Assembly: GCA_016188295.1 (NCBI GenBank)
Contig: JACPIA010000004.1
Span: 42,478 to 106,477 of the forward strand
DNA from: Candidatus Vogelbacteria bacterium
GTDB lineage: Bacteria; Patescibacteriota; Minisyncoccia; Phycocordibacterales; XYD1-FULL-46-19
DNA length: 64,000 bases
Direction of reading: 5' to 3'
This document shows positions 19,690-28,096 of the stretch, piece after piece (within the stretch, counting starts at the first letter, position 1; each line of letters starts with the position of its first letter). Both the position numbers and the translations under genes were made by a program. The notes under the pieces were generated by a model that was given only the letters and a program-made list of their open reading frames with translations, did no database searches and was not told the origin of the DNA.

Positions 19690-20154
19690 ATGAAAATTTT
19701 TTTGGGGGCAGATCATGCGGGATTTGAGTTAAAAGAGGAGCTTAAAATTTGGCTCAAAGGGCTAGGTTATGAAGTGTTTGACGAGGGCGCGTTTGAGAAA
19801 AAAGAGCAAGACGATTACCCCGCCATAATGCGGATAGTAGCCCAACAAATTATCGCTAATTCGGACAGCCTTGGTATTATTTTGGGTGGTTCAGGACAAG
19901 GCGAAGCAATGGTGGCTAATCGAATACGGGGAGTCCGGGCCGCCGTTTACTACGGCGGCCCGGAGGAGATTATTCAATTATCCCGATCGCACAATAACGC
20001 TAATATTTTGTCGTTGGGTGCGCGTTTTATTACTACTGACGAAGCTAAACAGGCGGTTAAGTTGTGGTTGGAGACACCCTTCTCCGACAAGGAGCGACAT
20101 ACACGCCGCGTGGCTCAATTTGATTGTGCTAATTCTAATTTACCTGATTTTTAA
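19690..20154 (+). CDS. rpiB: ribose-5-phosphate isomerase B family
   Basis: GADHAGFELKE, DDYP, HNNANILSLGAR, RH.RR. Confidence 0.93.
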   Translation: MKIFLGADHAGFELKEELKIWLKGLGYEVFDEGAFEKKEQDDYPAIMRIVAQQIIANSDSLGIILGGSGQGEAMVANRIRGVRAAVYYGGPEEIIQLSRSHNNANILSLGARFITTDEAKQAVKLWLETPFSDKERHTRRVAQFDCANSNLPDF

Positions 20155-20156
20155 TT

Positions 20157-20798
20157 ATGGTTGAGATTGTCCCGTCGATTATTGGTCGCTCTTTTGCTGA
20201 TATTCAAGCTAAAATTACCACGCTTGAGGGTTTAACTACTTGGGCTCAATTAGATATTGCCGACGGCCACTTTGTTGACAATACCACTTGGCAAACGCCA
20301 GACGATTTAGAGTTTGTTAATGGTCAGTTAAAATTAGAGGCGCATTTAATGGTCGAGCAACCCGAGGAGGTGGTAGCCGCGTGGTTGGCGGTAGTTGATC
20401 GTTTAATCATTCACTATGAGTCGACCGACAATTTAGATGAGATTATTAGTGCCGCCTCCACTCGACGAGTAGAGGTGGGGATAGCTCTATTACTGGAGAC
20501 ACCACTGGATTTGGTCCGACCATGGCTCGATAAAGTCAAAGTGATACAATTGATGGGTATTAAGCGCCTTGGATTTTATGGGGAGGCGTTTAATGAAGGT
20601 GTGTTAGAACGGATTATTACGCTCCGCTCGTGGTGGCCGCATGGTATAATTGCGGTTGATGGTGGTATTGGTGCGGATACCGCGCCGCAAGTGCTCGCGG
20701 TTGGTGCTAATCGATTAGTGATTGGCTCGGCCATTTGGCAAAGCGACGATCTAAAAAAAGCACTTAAGCATTTCCAATCTCTAACTTCCAATTTCTAA
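20157..20798 (+). CDS. rpe: ribulose-phosphate 3-epimerase
   Basis: PSI, DIADGHFV, AHLMV, VDGGI, GSAI. Confidence 0.92.
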   Translation: MVEIVPSIIGRSFADIQAKITTLEGLTTWAQLDIADGHFVDNTTWQTPDDLEFVNGQLKLEAHLMVEQPEEVVAAWLAVVDRLIIHYESTDNLDEIISAASTRRVEVGIALLLETPLDLVRPWLDKVKVIQLMGIKRLGFYGEAFNEGVLERIITLRSWWPHGIIAVDGGIGADTAPQVLAVGANRLVIGSAIWQSDDLKKALKHFQSLTSNF

Positions 20799-20804
20799 AA
20801 TCAA

Positions 20805-21674
20805 ATGGATCATCTAACTGATGAAAAAATTTTGAGTCTAATCGCACAGGCTAATCAGATACGCCAATCGATTATTGAGATGCTTTTGGTCGCTGGCTCC
20901 GGGCACACTGCCGGACCCTTGGGGATGGCCGATATTTTTACTTATTTATACTTTCATAAATTAAAGCATAATCCTAAACAGCCAGATTGGCCGGAGCGGG
21001 ATCGCTTGGTACTCTCAAATGGTCACATCTGCCCGGTATTGTACGCTACTATGGCGCATGCCGGCTACTTTCCGCTCGCTGATTTAACAACCTTACGTAA
21101 GTTAGGCAGTAAGTTGCAGGGTCATCCTCATCGCGAGTGGTTGCCAGCTTTAGAAACGAGCTCTGGGCCGTTGGGGACAGGACTCTCGCAAGCGGTGGGT
21201 ATGGCTTTGGCACTTAAGCTTGATCAAGGTCGCACTAGTGAACAAATGGTTTATTGTTTAATGAGTGATGGTGAGTTTGAGTGCGGTAATACTTGGGAGG
21301 CCATGATGTTGGCGGGTAAACAAGGCTTTCATAATTTGGTGGTGATTATTGATCGGAATAATATTCAAATCAGTGGTTTTACCGAGGAGGTGATGCCACT
21401 GGAACCGCTTAGAACTAAATTAGAATCTTTTAATTGGCATGTGATCGAGATTGATGGCCACAATTTTGAAGCGATTGACGCCGCGGTCGGTCAAGCTAAA
21501 GCGGTGTTTAATAAACCGACGGCCATTATTGCTCACACTATCCCAGGTAAAGGGGTGGCTGACTTTGAGCGTCGCTTTGAATGGCATGGCAAACCACCAA
21601 ACGCGGCGGAAGGAAAAATGGCGTTAAAAGAGTTACGTACTTTGGGTGGTAAAATTAAATCCGAGCATGAGTAG
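20805..21674 (+). CDS. transketolase, N-terminal subunit
   Basis: SGHTAG, DRLVLSNGH, LQGHP, TPP motif SDGE...DRNN. Confidence 0.93.
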   Translation: MDHLTDEKILSLIAQANQIRQSIIEMLLVAGSGHTAGPLGMADIFTYLYFHKLKHNPKQPDWPERDRLVLSNGHICPVLYATMAHAGYFPLADLTTLRKLGSKLQGHPHREWLPALETSSGPLGTGLSQAVGMALALKLDQGRTSEQMVYCLMSDGEFECGNTWEAMMLAGKQGFHNLVVIIDRNNIQISGFTEEVMPLEPLRTKLESFNWHVIEIDGHNFEAIDAAVGQAKAVFNKPTAIIAHTIPGKGVADFERRFEWHGKPPNAAEGKMALKELRTLGGKIKSEHE

Positions 21675-22671
21675 TCAAAATCATTTAACTAAGGAGCAAA
21701 AATTAAACTCAAAATTATTTGAGCTTTCTGTCGAGCAAGTACCGATCCGGAGTGGTTTTGGCGAGGGCTTAGTCCTAGCAGCTGATGAAGATAGAAATAT
21801 TGTCGGTCTGTGTGCCGATTTAGTCGAGTCGACTAAGATGCTCGCTTTTGCGGAAAAATATCCAGAGCGCTTTATTGAGCTGGGGGTGGCCGAGCAAAAT
21901 TTAGCCGGGGTGGCCTCGGGGTTGGCGGCCATGGGTAAAATCCCATTTATTACCTCATACGCGATGTTTAGCCCGGGGCGCAATTGGGAGCAAATTAGAA
22001 CGACTATCACTTACAATAATCGGCCGGTTAAAATCGTCGGCTCACATGCTGGCGTCTCGGTGGGACCCGACGGGGGGACGCATCAAGCGCTTGAAGATAT
22101 TGCGATTATGCGAGTGTTGCCTCGGATGATGGTGGTGGTGCCATGTGATGCTTTAGAGGCTAACCGAGCCACACGGGCGATCGCTAAGACCAACGATCCC
22201 ACTTATTTAAGATTAGCACGAGAAAAGACACCAATTATTACCACCAACGACTCACTATTTAAATTAGGCCAAGCTAATATGTTGTGGGAAGATGAAAAAC
22301 CGGCAGTGGTGATTATTGCTTGTGGACCGCTAGTCTACAATGCTTTGCAAGCGGCGCGGAAATTATTGCCCGAGGGTGTAGGTGTGACGGTGATCAATAA
22401 TCACACTATTAAACCATTAGATAACAAAACTATTTTAAGTGAAGTGAAACGAACTGGCGCGGTGGTGACGGTAGAAGAACATCAACAAGCCGGTGGCTTA
22501 GGTAGTGCGGTGGCTGAATTGCTGGCCACTAATTATCCGGTGCCGATGGAGTTTGTGGGGGTCAAAGATGAGTACGGTCAGTCAGGGACGCCAGCCGAAT
22601 TGATTGAAAAATACGAATTGGGAACCGAGGCGATTATTGAAGCGGTGCAGAAAGTGCTAACTCGAAAGTAG
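21667..22671 (+). CDS. transketolase, C-terminal subunit
   Basis: GVAEQN, GPDGGTHQALEDI, TVEEH..GGLGS. Confidence 0.93.
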   Translation: MSSQNHLTKEQKLNSKLFELSVEQVPIRSGFGEGLVLAADEDRNIVGLCADLVESTKMLAFAEKYPERFIELGVAEQNLAGVASGLAAMGKIPFITSYAMFSPGRNWEQIRTTITYNNRPVKIVGSHAGVSVGPDGGTHQALEDIAIMRVLPRMMVVVPCDALEANRATRAIAKTNDPTYLRLAREKTPIITTNDSLFKLGQANMLWEDEKPAVVIIACGPLVYNALQAARKLLPEGVGVTVINNHTIKPLDNKTILSEVKRTGAVVTVEEHQQAGGLGSAVAELLATNYPVPMEFVGVKDEYGQSGTPAELIEKYELGTEAIIEAVQKVLTRK

Positions 22672-22725
22672 TTTACATTTTAATACTTTTTCAATACCCA
22701 TATTTTTACGTCGAATCTTGATTGT

Positions 22726-23712
22726 TTATATTTGTTTAGGTCGGTAATCGGCGGGAGCGGAAACGAGATAATGTTCTAATTCTTGGCGGGTGAGGAGACC
22801 AGCTTGGGCGCCGATTTTTTGGACCACGCTCATCGAGTTAATCGGCGCCCACATTAGCGCTTCGAGCACCGTTTTACTTAAAGCCAGCGCCGAGACAAAG
22901 GTTGAGGCATAAGCGTCACCGGCTCCAGTGCGCTCTTGAGGTGGAGCAATGTCGGGGTAAGGTGGCATAAACCATTTGGTGTTGTCTGCTAAAACATAAG
23001 CGCCCTTAGGGCCATCAGTAATTAACACTATTTTTGGCCCCAATGCGGCCAGTTGAGTTAATAACTCCGGGATCTCGCCAATTACACCTAAAATCTTTTC
23101 GGCTTCTGTTTTATTACAGATAAATACTTCGGTGCGTTTATAAAGTGCAGCCAAAGCTTCTTTGCCTAATTTGATTTGGAAGGTTCCCGGTTGAAAGGCG
23201 AGTTTAACATCAGTATGAGCTGTTAAATAAGTGGCGATTTGGGTGTGAAAGTCAGTTGATGTTTCACCAAGTGAACTCAAATACAACCACTTAGGCTCAC
23301 CAATGTCAGATAAATTGTAAGGGTAAACTTCATGCTTAATTAAAATCGTCCGCTCAGCCTCGTAAGAGAGGACGTAGTGGTAATTAGTTGGTAACCCCGG
23401 ATTAGTGGCCACAAAATCGGTCGCCACTTTTTCGCCTTGTAAGGTTTTAATAATTAATTCGCCGTTTTGATCTTGTCCCACATTACTCACTAAAGCGCTG
23501 GCCAATCCTAAACGAGCTGCACTCACCGCCGCATTAGCACTATTACCTACCGCTGGCACCACCGTGACGGACTCATAAGGGATTTTCTCGCCAAAGGCGA
23601 CGCACAACTTACATTGCTCTTTATTGAGATCACAATTAATCTCGGCGTCTTTAAGTTTAATAAAAGCGTCAACTACCGTATCACCAATAGCCACTAAATC
23701 GTAATTAGTCAT
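22726..23712 (-). CDS. PfkB-family carbohydrate kinase
   Basis: GNSANAAV..ARLG, TDGPKG, TGAGDAY. Confidence 0.92.
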   Translation of the reverse strand: MTNYDLVAIGDTVVDAFIKLKDAEINCDLNKEQCKLCVAFGEKIPYESVTVVPAVGNSANAAVSAARLGLASALVSNVGQDQNGELIIKTLQGEKVATDFVATNPGLPTNYHYVLSYEAERTILIKHEVYPYNLSDIGEPKWLYLSSLGETSTDFHTQIATYLTAHTDVKLAFQPGTFQIKLGKEALAALYKRTEVFICNKTEAEKILGVIGEIPELLTQLAALGPKIVLITDGPKGAYVLADNTKWFMPPYPDIAPPQERTGAGDAYASTFVSALALSKTVLEALMWAPINSMSVVQKIGAQAGLLTRQELEHYLVSAPADYRPKQI

Positions 23713-23729
23713 GATATACTCCAGTATAT

Positions 23730-24587
23730 ATGAAAAGTTTGCGTGAGGTAATACAAGCGGTGGTGGTCAGCAAGACGGCGGTCGGGCACTTTAACTTTTG
23801 CGACATGGTGGGCTTGTATGGTATTGCTCAAGCGGCGAGGGAAAAGGGTGTGCCGGTGATTTTAGGCTTATCTGAAAGTGAGCGTGACTTTGTGGGGGTG
23901 CACCAAGCTGTCGCCCTCGTGGACTCGCTTAGGACCCAATATAATCAGGAACTTTTTTTAAACGCGGATCACACTAAAAGTTTAGAAAAGGCTAAAGAAG
24001 CGATCGAGGCTGGTTTTGATGCTGTCCTTTTTGATGGTAGTGGACTCTCATATGAAGAAAATGTCCGCCAAACCAAACAAGTGGTGGAGTATGCCAAAGC
24101 GGCTGGTCGAGAGGTGATCGTGGAAGGAGAGCTTGGTTATATTGGTATGTCATCACAAGTGCTGACCGACATCCCTGTGGGTGTGGATTTGACTGATGGT
24201 TTAACAACTGCCGAGGAGGCGGCCAAATTTGTGGCCGAGACTGGGGTCGACTTACTGGCGCCAGCCGTGGGTAATATCCATGGCATGCTCGCTGGGCGGC
24301 CAGATCCAAGCCTTAATCAAGGGTTAGTCCAAAGCATTGCCGAGGCGGTAAAAGTGTCTCTAGTACTCCATGGAGCCTCTGGTAATAGTCCGGAGGATAT
24401 TAAGGCTGCGATTGCCGCTGGGGTGGCCATCGTCCACGTTAATACTGAGCTTAGGGTGGCTTACCGGGATGCTCTTAAACGGACACTTCAGGCTGAGCCG
24501 GACGAAGTGGCTCCTTATAAAATCTTAAAACCGGCCATCCAGGCAGTGGCCGAGGTGGTGGCCGCTAAGCTCGCAATTTTGAGCTAA
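23730..24587 (+). CDS. fba: class II fructose-bisphosphate aldolase
   Basis: NADH, VEGELG, AVGNIHG, LVLHGASG, VNTELR. Confidence 0.93.
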   Translation: MKSLREVIQAVVVSKTAVGHFNFCDMVGLYGIAQAAREKGVPVILGLSESERDFVGVHQAVALVDSLRTQYNQELFLNADHTKSLEKAKEAIEAGFDAVLFDGSGLSYEENVRQTKQVVEYAKAAGREVIVEGELGYIGMSSQVLTDIPVGVDLTDGLTTAEEAAKFVAETGVDLLAPAVGNIHGMLAGRPDPSLNQGLVQSIAEAVKVSLVLHGASGNSPEDIKAAIAAGVAIVHVNTELRVAYRDALKRTLQAEPDEVAPYKILKPAIQAVAEVVAAKLAILS

Positions 24588-24611
24588 GTGTGGTAAGATC
24601 GATCTGTTAAT

Positions 24612-24683
24612 CGCGGGGAGGAGTAACGGTTGCTCGCAAGGCTCATAACCTTGAGGTAGTGGGTTCAATTCCCGCCCCCGCAA
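24612..24683 (+). tRNA. tRNA-Met(CAT), initiator type
   Basis: Cloverleaf CGCGGGG...CCCCGCAA with C1:A72 mismatch; anticodon loop CTCATAA. Confidence 0.9.
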
Positions 24684-24696
24684 CAAGTATTTTCGG

Positions 24697-24770
24697 CGCA
24701 GACGACGAGACTTGAACTCGCAACCTCTCCCGTGACAGGGGAGTGCTCTAACCAGTTGAGCTACGTCTGC
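24697..24770 (-). tRNA. tRNA-Asp(GTC)
   Basis: GCAGACGTAGCTCAACTGGTTAGAGC..CTGTCAC..GTTCAAGT..CGTCTGCG. Confidence 0.93.
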
Positions 24771-24821
24771 AAACGTTACTTATCCTAGCGTGTTTGAGTC
24801 ATTTTTTCAACCGTACCTGCT

Positions 24822-25007
24822 TTACTTTTCTCTATCCCCAAAATACCCCTTAAGTTGCTTTTTTACAAATCGATGTCCAGCGCCACTTTTTAAAAATTTC
24901 TCTCGACCGAGGGTATCACCTTTGTTTAAATACATTTCAGCATAAATCAACCTTTATACCAAAGTCTTATCTATTTGGTCCTCAAGTATATACACAACAA
25001 ACGACAT
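24822..25007 (-). pseudogene. decayed GIY-YIG nuclease
   Basis: MSFVVYILEDQIDKTLV*RLIYAEMYLNKGDTLGREKFLKSGAGHRFVKKQL: both ends of a small GIY-YIG protein, central part deleted, internal stop. Confidence 0.7.
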
Positions 25008-25105
25008 AACTCGTAAAATAAAATGGATTTTTTCCATTTTATCACGAGACACGTAAAACACTGGGTCCTCATGGCTGCGCCACGTGAACACGCAGTGTTT
25101 TTACG

Positions 25106-25182
25106 TGGTGCCGATGGCTGGACTCGAACCAGCGACCTAGCGCTTATGAAACGCTCGCTCTAACCACCTGAGCTACATCGGC
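25106..25182 (-). tRNA. tRNA with CAT anticodon (elongator Met or Ile2)
   Basis: GCCGATGTAGCTCAGGTGGTTAGAGC..TTCATAA..GTTCGAGT..CATCGGCACCA. Confidence 0.9.
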
Positions 25183-25263
25183 AATTTACCAATTAATCCA
25201 TAAAATAGGCCAAAAATCAAACCAGGGCTTGCTTTTTGTTTGCATTTATGCTAATCTAAAAAA

Positions 25264-25384
25264 GGAGTTCCATCCTCGGTAGTGTTAGAGTTGACGAGCT
25301 CCGAGCCTCCAAGCTGCCGGTCTCCCCCTGGGCCGGCAGCCAATTTTTTAACCAATCCCCCAGCTATTACAGTGGGGGTTTTTA
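25264..25384 (+). ncRNA. candidate ~120-nt structured RNA
   Basis: Promoter TTGCTT-17-TAATCT (25229-57), two hairpins, terminator at 25355-84; no ORF on this strand. Confidence 0.4.
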
Positions 25385-25449
25385 GTTGAAAAATTGCGCT
25401 AAATGTAATACTATATTTGTTGTGTTTTTTGAAAATTACATAAGTCAAA

Positions 25450-25525
25450 GCCAATGTAGCTCAGCTGGTAGAGCATCCCCATGGTAAGGGGAAGGTCCCC
25501 GGTTCAAACCCGGGCATTGGCTCCA
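25450..25525 (+). tRNA. tRNA-Thr(GGT)
   Basis: Cloverleaf, anticodon loop ATGGTAA, encoded CCA. Confidence 0.93.
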
Positions 25526-25539
25526 GAAAAATTAAACGC

Positions 25540-25612
25540 GCCACCTTAGCTCAGCTGGTAGAGCAATGCTTTCGTAAAGCAAAGGTCCCCGGTTCGACTC
25601 CGGGAGGTGGCT
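25540..25612 (+). tRNA. tRNA-Thr(CGT)
   Basis: Cloverleaf, anticodon loop TTCGTAA, no encoded CCA. Confidence 0.92.
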
Positions 25613-25613
25613 C

Positions 25614-26486
25614 ATGAAGGATCTTAAAAATAAGATTGTTAAATTAGAAGCCCAAATGATGGAGGCGGATTTTTGGGCTGATAAAATTAGGGCTCAAGAG
25701 ATTATTAAAGAACTCTCCGAGCTTAAAGACAAATTAGCGGGGCAGGGTAAATATGATGTTGGTAACGCTATTTTAACTCTTTTGGCTGGGGCCGGCGGTG
25801 ATGATGCCGAGGATTTTGTAGCGATGCTCTACGAGATGTATTCGCGCTTTGCCACTCGGCGTGGTTTTAGCCTGAAAATTATCCATAAAAATGTCAATGA
25901 CCAGGGCGGTTATCGCAATATTACCGCTCTAGTCGAGGGTAAAGGAGTCTATGGTATACTAAAAAAGGAGTCAGGAGTACATCGTCTGGTACGACTGTCT
26001 CCATTCAATAGTAAATCATTGCGACACACCTCATTTGCTCTAGTGGAAGTGATACCGGAGTTGCCAAAAGTGAGTGAGGTGGAAATCCTTGAGGCTGATT
26101 TGCGTCTTGAGTTTGCCCGCTCCAGTGGTCCCGGTGGACAAAATGTTAATAAGCGTGAGACGTCAGTCCGGGTGGTCCATATCCCCACCGGCCTGGCCGT
26201 CCACTGTGAATCCGAACGTTCCCAAGCGCAAAATAAAGAGCGAGCGCTCCAGATCTTGTCCGGTAAATTGTATAAAAAATTATTGGAGGCAAAAGAAAAA
26301 GAATCTAATACTATGAAGTTGTCACAAACAACCGATATTGAGTGGGGTAATCAGATTAGGTCTTACGTGTTACATCCATACAAATTAATTAAGGACCATC
26401 GCACTGGTGTTGAGGAGCGTGATGTAGATAAGGTGTTAGAGGAGGGTAATTTAGACGAGTTTGTTGAGGCGGAACAAAATATTTAA
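25614..26486 (+). CDS. prfB: peptide chain release factor 2 (short N-terminal domain)
   Basis: RLSPF (SPF motif), GPGGQNVNK, WGNQIRSYVLHPY. Confidence 0.95.
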   Translation: MKDLKNKIVKLEAQMMEADFWADKIRAQEIIKELSELKDKLAGQGKYDVGNAILTLLAGAGGDDAEDFVAMLYEMYSRFATRRGFSLKIIHKNVNDQGGYRNITALVEGKGVYGILKKESGVHRLVRLSPFNSKSLRHTSFALVEVIPELPKVSEVEILEADLRLEFARSSGPGGQNVNKRETSVRVVHIPTGLAVHCESERSQAQNKERALQILSGKLYKKLLEAKEKESNTMKLSQTTDIEWGNQIRSYVLHPYKLIKDHRTGVEERDVDKVLEEGNLDEFVEAEQNI

Positions 26487-26492
26487 ATAATT

Positions 26493-27173
26493 ATGATTTA
26501 TTTTGATAAAGTGAGTAAGGTTTACCCGGGTGATGTGGTCGCTTTAGCTGATCTCTCTTTTGCAATCGAACCAGGTGAGTTTGTTTCGGTAGTGGGCCAT
26601 TCGGGCTCGGGTAAAACCACTTTAATTAAGATGATTTTAGCCGAGGATGTACCATCGATGGGCCAGGTTTTTTTTGAATCGTCGGATATTCATAAACTTA
26701 ATCATAAAGAATTACCCAAATTACGGCGGCGGATTGGTAGTGTCTTCCAAGATTTTCGATTGTTGCCTAATAAAACAGTATACGAGAATATCGCTTTTAC
26801 CATGGAGGCGGCCGGGCGGACGGATGAGGAAATTGCCTCCGATGTGCCACATGTTTTAGAATTGGTTGGTTTGGGGAATAAATTATGGAGTTTTCCCCGC
26901 GAGCTCTCTGGCGGTGAGCGTCAGCGGGTGGCCATTGCCCGAGCGATTGTTAATCAGCCCGATTTATTAATTGCCGATGAACCAACCGGTAATCTTGATC
27001 CTCTTAACGCTAATGACATTATTCAGATTTTTAAAAAAATTAATGACATTGGTACCACGGTGTTGCTAGCCACTCACGACAAAGGTATTATTGACTCGTT
27101 AGGTCGGCGGGTATTGACTCTAGAGAACGGTCGTTTGATCCGTGACAATAAACAAGGACGTTACGTTTTGTAA
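26493..27173 (+). CDS. ftsE: cell division ATP-binding protein FtsE
   Basis: GHSGSGKTT, VFQDFRLL, LSGGE, ADEPTGNLD; upstream of ftsX. Confidence 0.93.
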   Translation: MIYFDKVSKVYPGDVVALADLSFAIEPGEFVSVVGHSGSGKTTLIKMILAEDVPSMGQVFFESSDIHKLNHKELPKLRRRIGSVFQDFRLLPNKTVYENIAFTMEAAGRTDEEIASDVPHVLELVGLGNKLWSFPRELSGGERQRVAIARAIVNQPDLLIADEPTGNLDPLNANDIIQIFKKINDIGTTVLLATHDKGIIDSLGRRVLTLENGRLIRDNKQGRYVL

Positions 27174-27186
27174 TTAATTATCTATT

Positions 27187-28092
27187 ATGCGCACCATCAT
27201 TAAACGAATTTTTAAATCAGGTTTCATTAATTTTTGGCGCAATGGAGTGGTTTCGATCGCTTCTATTTTAGTGATGACAGTAACGCTGTTTGTGATCGGC
27301 TCATTGGTTTTAGCGGCCGCTTTCCTCTCGGCCTCACTAACTGAAGTGCAGAGTAAAGTCGATATCAGTGTCTCTTTTAAGGTGGATGCTTCTCTTGAGG
27401 AAATTAAAGCTTTACAGCGAGACTTGATGGTCCTGCCGGAGGTCAAAGAAGTGGCGCTCTCGACTCGTGAGGAAGAATTAACCTTATTTAGAGAGCGACA
27501 CAAAGATAATAATTTATTACTCCAATCACTCGATGAGGTTGGTAATCCGTTCGGAGCCCGGCTCAATATTAAGGCGGTCAATCCAACCCAATATGAATCG
27601 ATCGCTACTTTTTTAACTAATCAAGACTCGGATAGCGCGGCTATTATAGATCAAGTCAGTTTTAAAAAAGATGTCGTCGACAAATTGCTCGCGATTACCA
27701 ACTCATTGCGTCGAGTTGGTTTAGCCGTTAGTATCGTGCTGATCATTACCTCAATTTTGGTGATGTTTAATACCACTTCGTTAGCTATTTATATTGCGCG
27801 CGAGGAGATTTCGGTGATGCGTTTGGTTGGAGCAGAGACCAGTTACGTCCGGGGACCGTTTATGGTCGAGGCTATTATCTCGGGATTAATTGCCTCGTTA
27901 GTGGCGATGCTCTTACTTTACCCGGCGGTATTATGGGTTCGTAATGCCACCCTTGGAGTCTATGGCGGAATCAATTTACTGTCTTATTATTTAAGTAATT
28001 TCTTTTATCTCTTTTTAATGTTATTGACTGCTGGGGTGACACTAGGAGCAGTAGCCAGCTTTTTAGCTATTCGTAAGTACATGAAGGTCTAA
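27187..28092 (+). CDS. ftsX: cell division permease FtsX
   Basis: Four TM helices; REEISVMRLVGA...RGPFMVE. Confidence 0.92.
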   Translation: MRTIIKRIFKSGFINFWRNGVVSIASILVMTVTLFVIGSLVLAAAFLSASLTEVQSKVDISVSFKVDASLEEIKALQRDLMVLPEVKEVALSTREEELTLFRERHKDNNLLLQSLDEVGNPFGARLNIKAVNPTQYESIATFLTNQDSDSAAIIDQVSFKKDVVDKLLAITNSLRRVGLAVSIVLIITSILVMFNTTSLAIYIAREEISVMRLVGAETSYVRGPFMVEAIISGLIASLVAMLLLYPAVLWVRNATLGVYGGINLLSYYLSNFFYLFLMLLTAGVTLGAVASFLAIRKYMKV

Positions 28093-28096
28093 ACTT

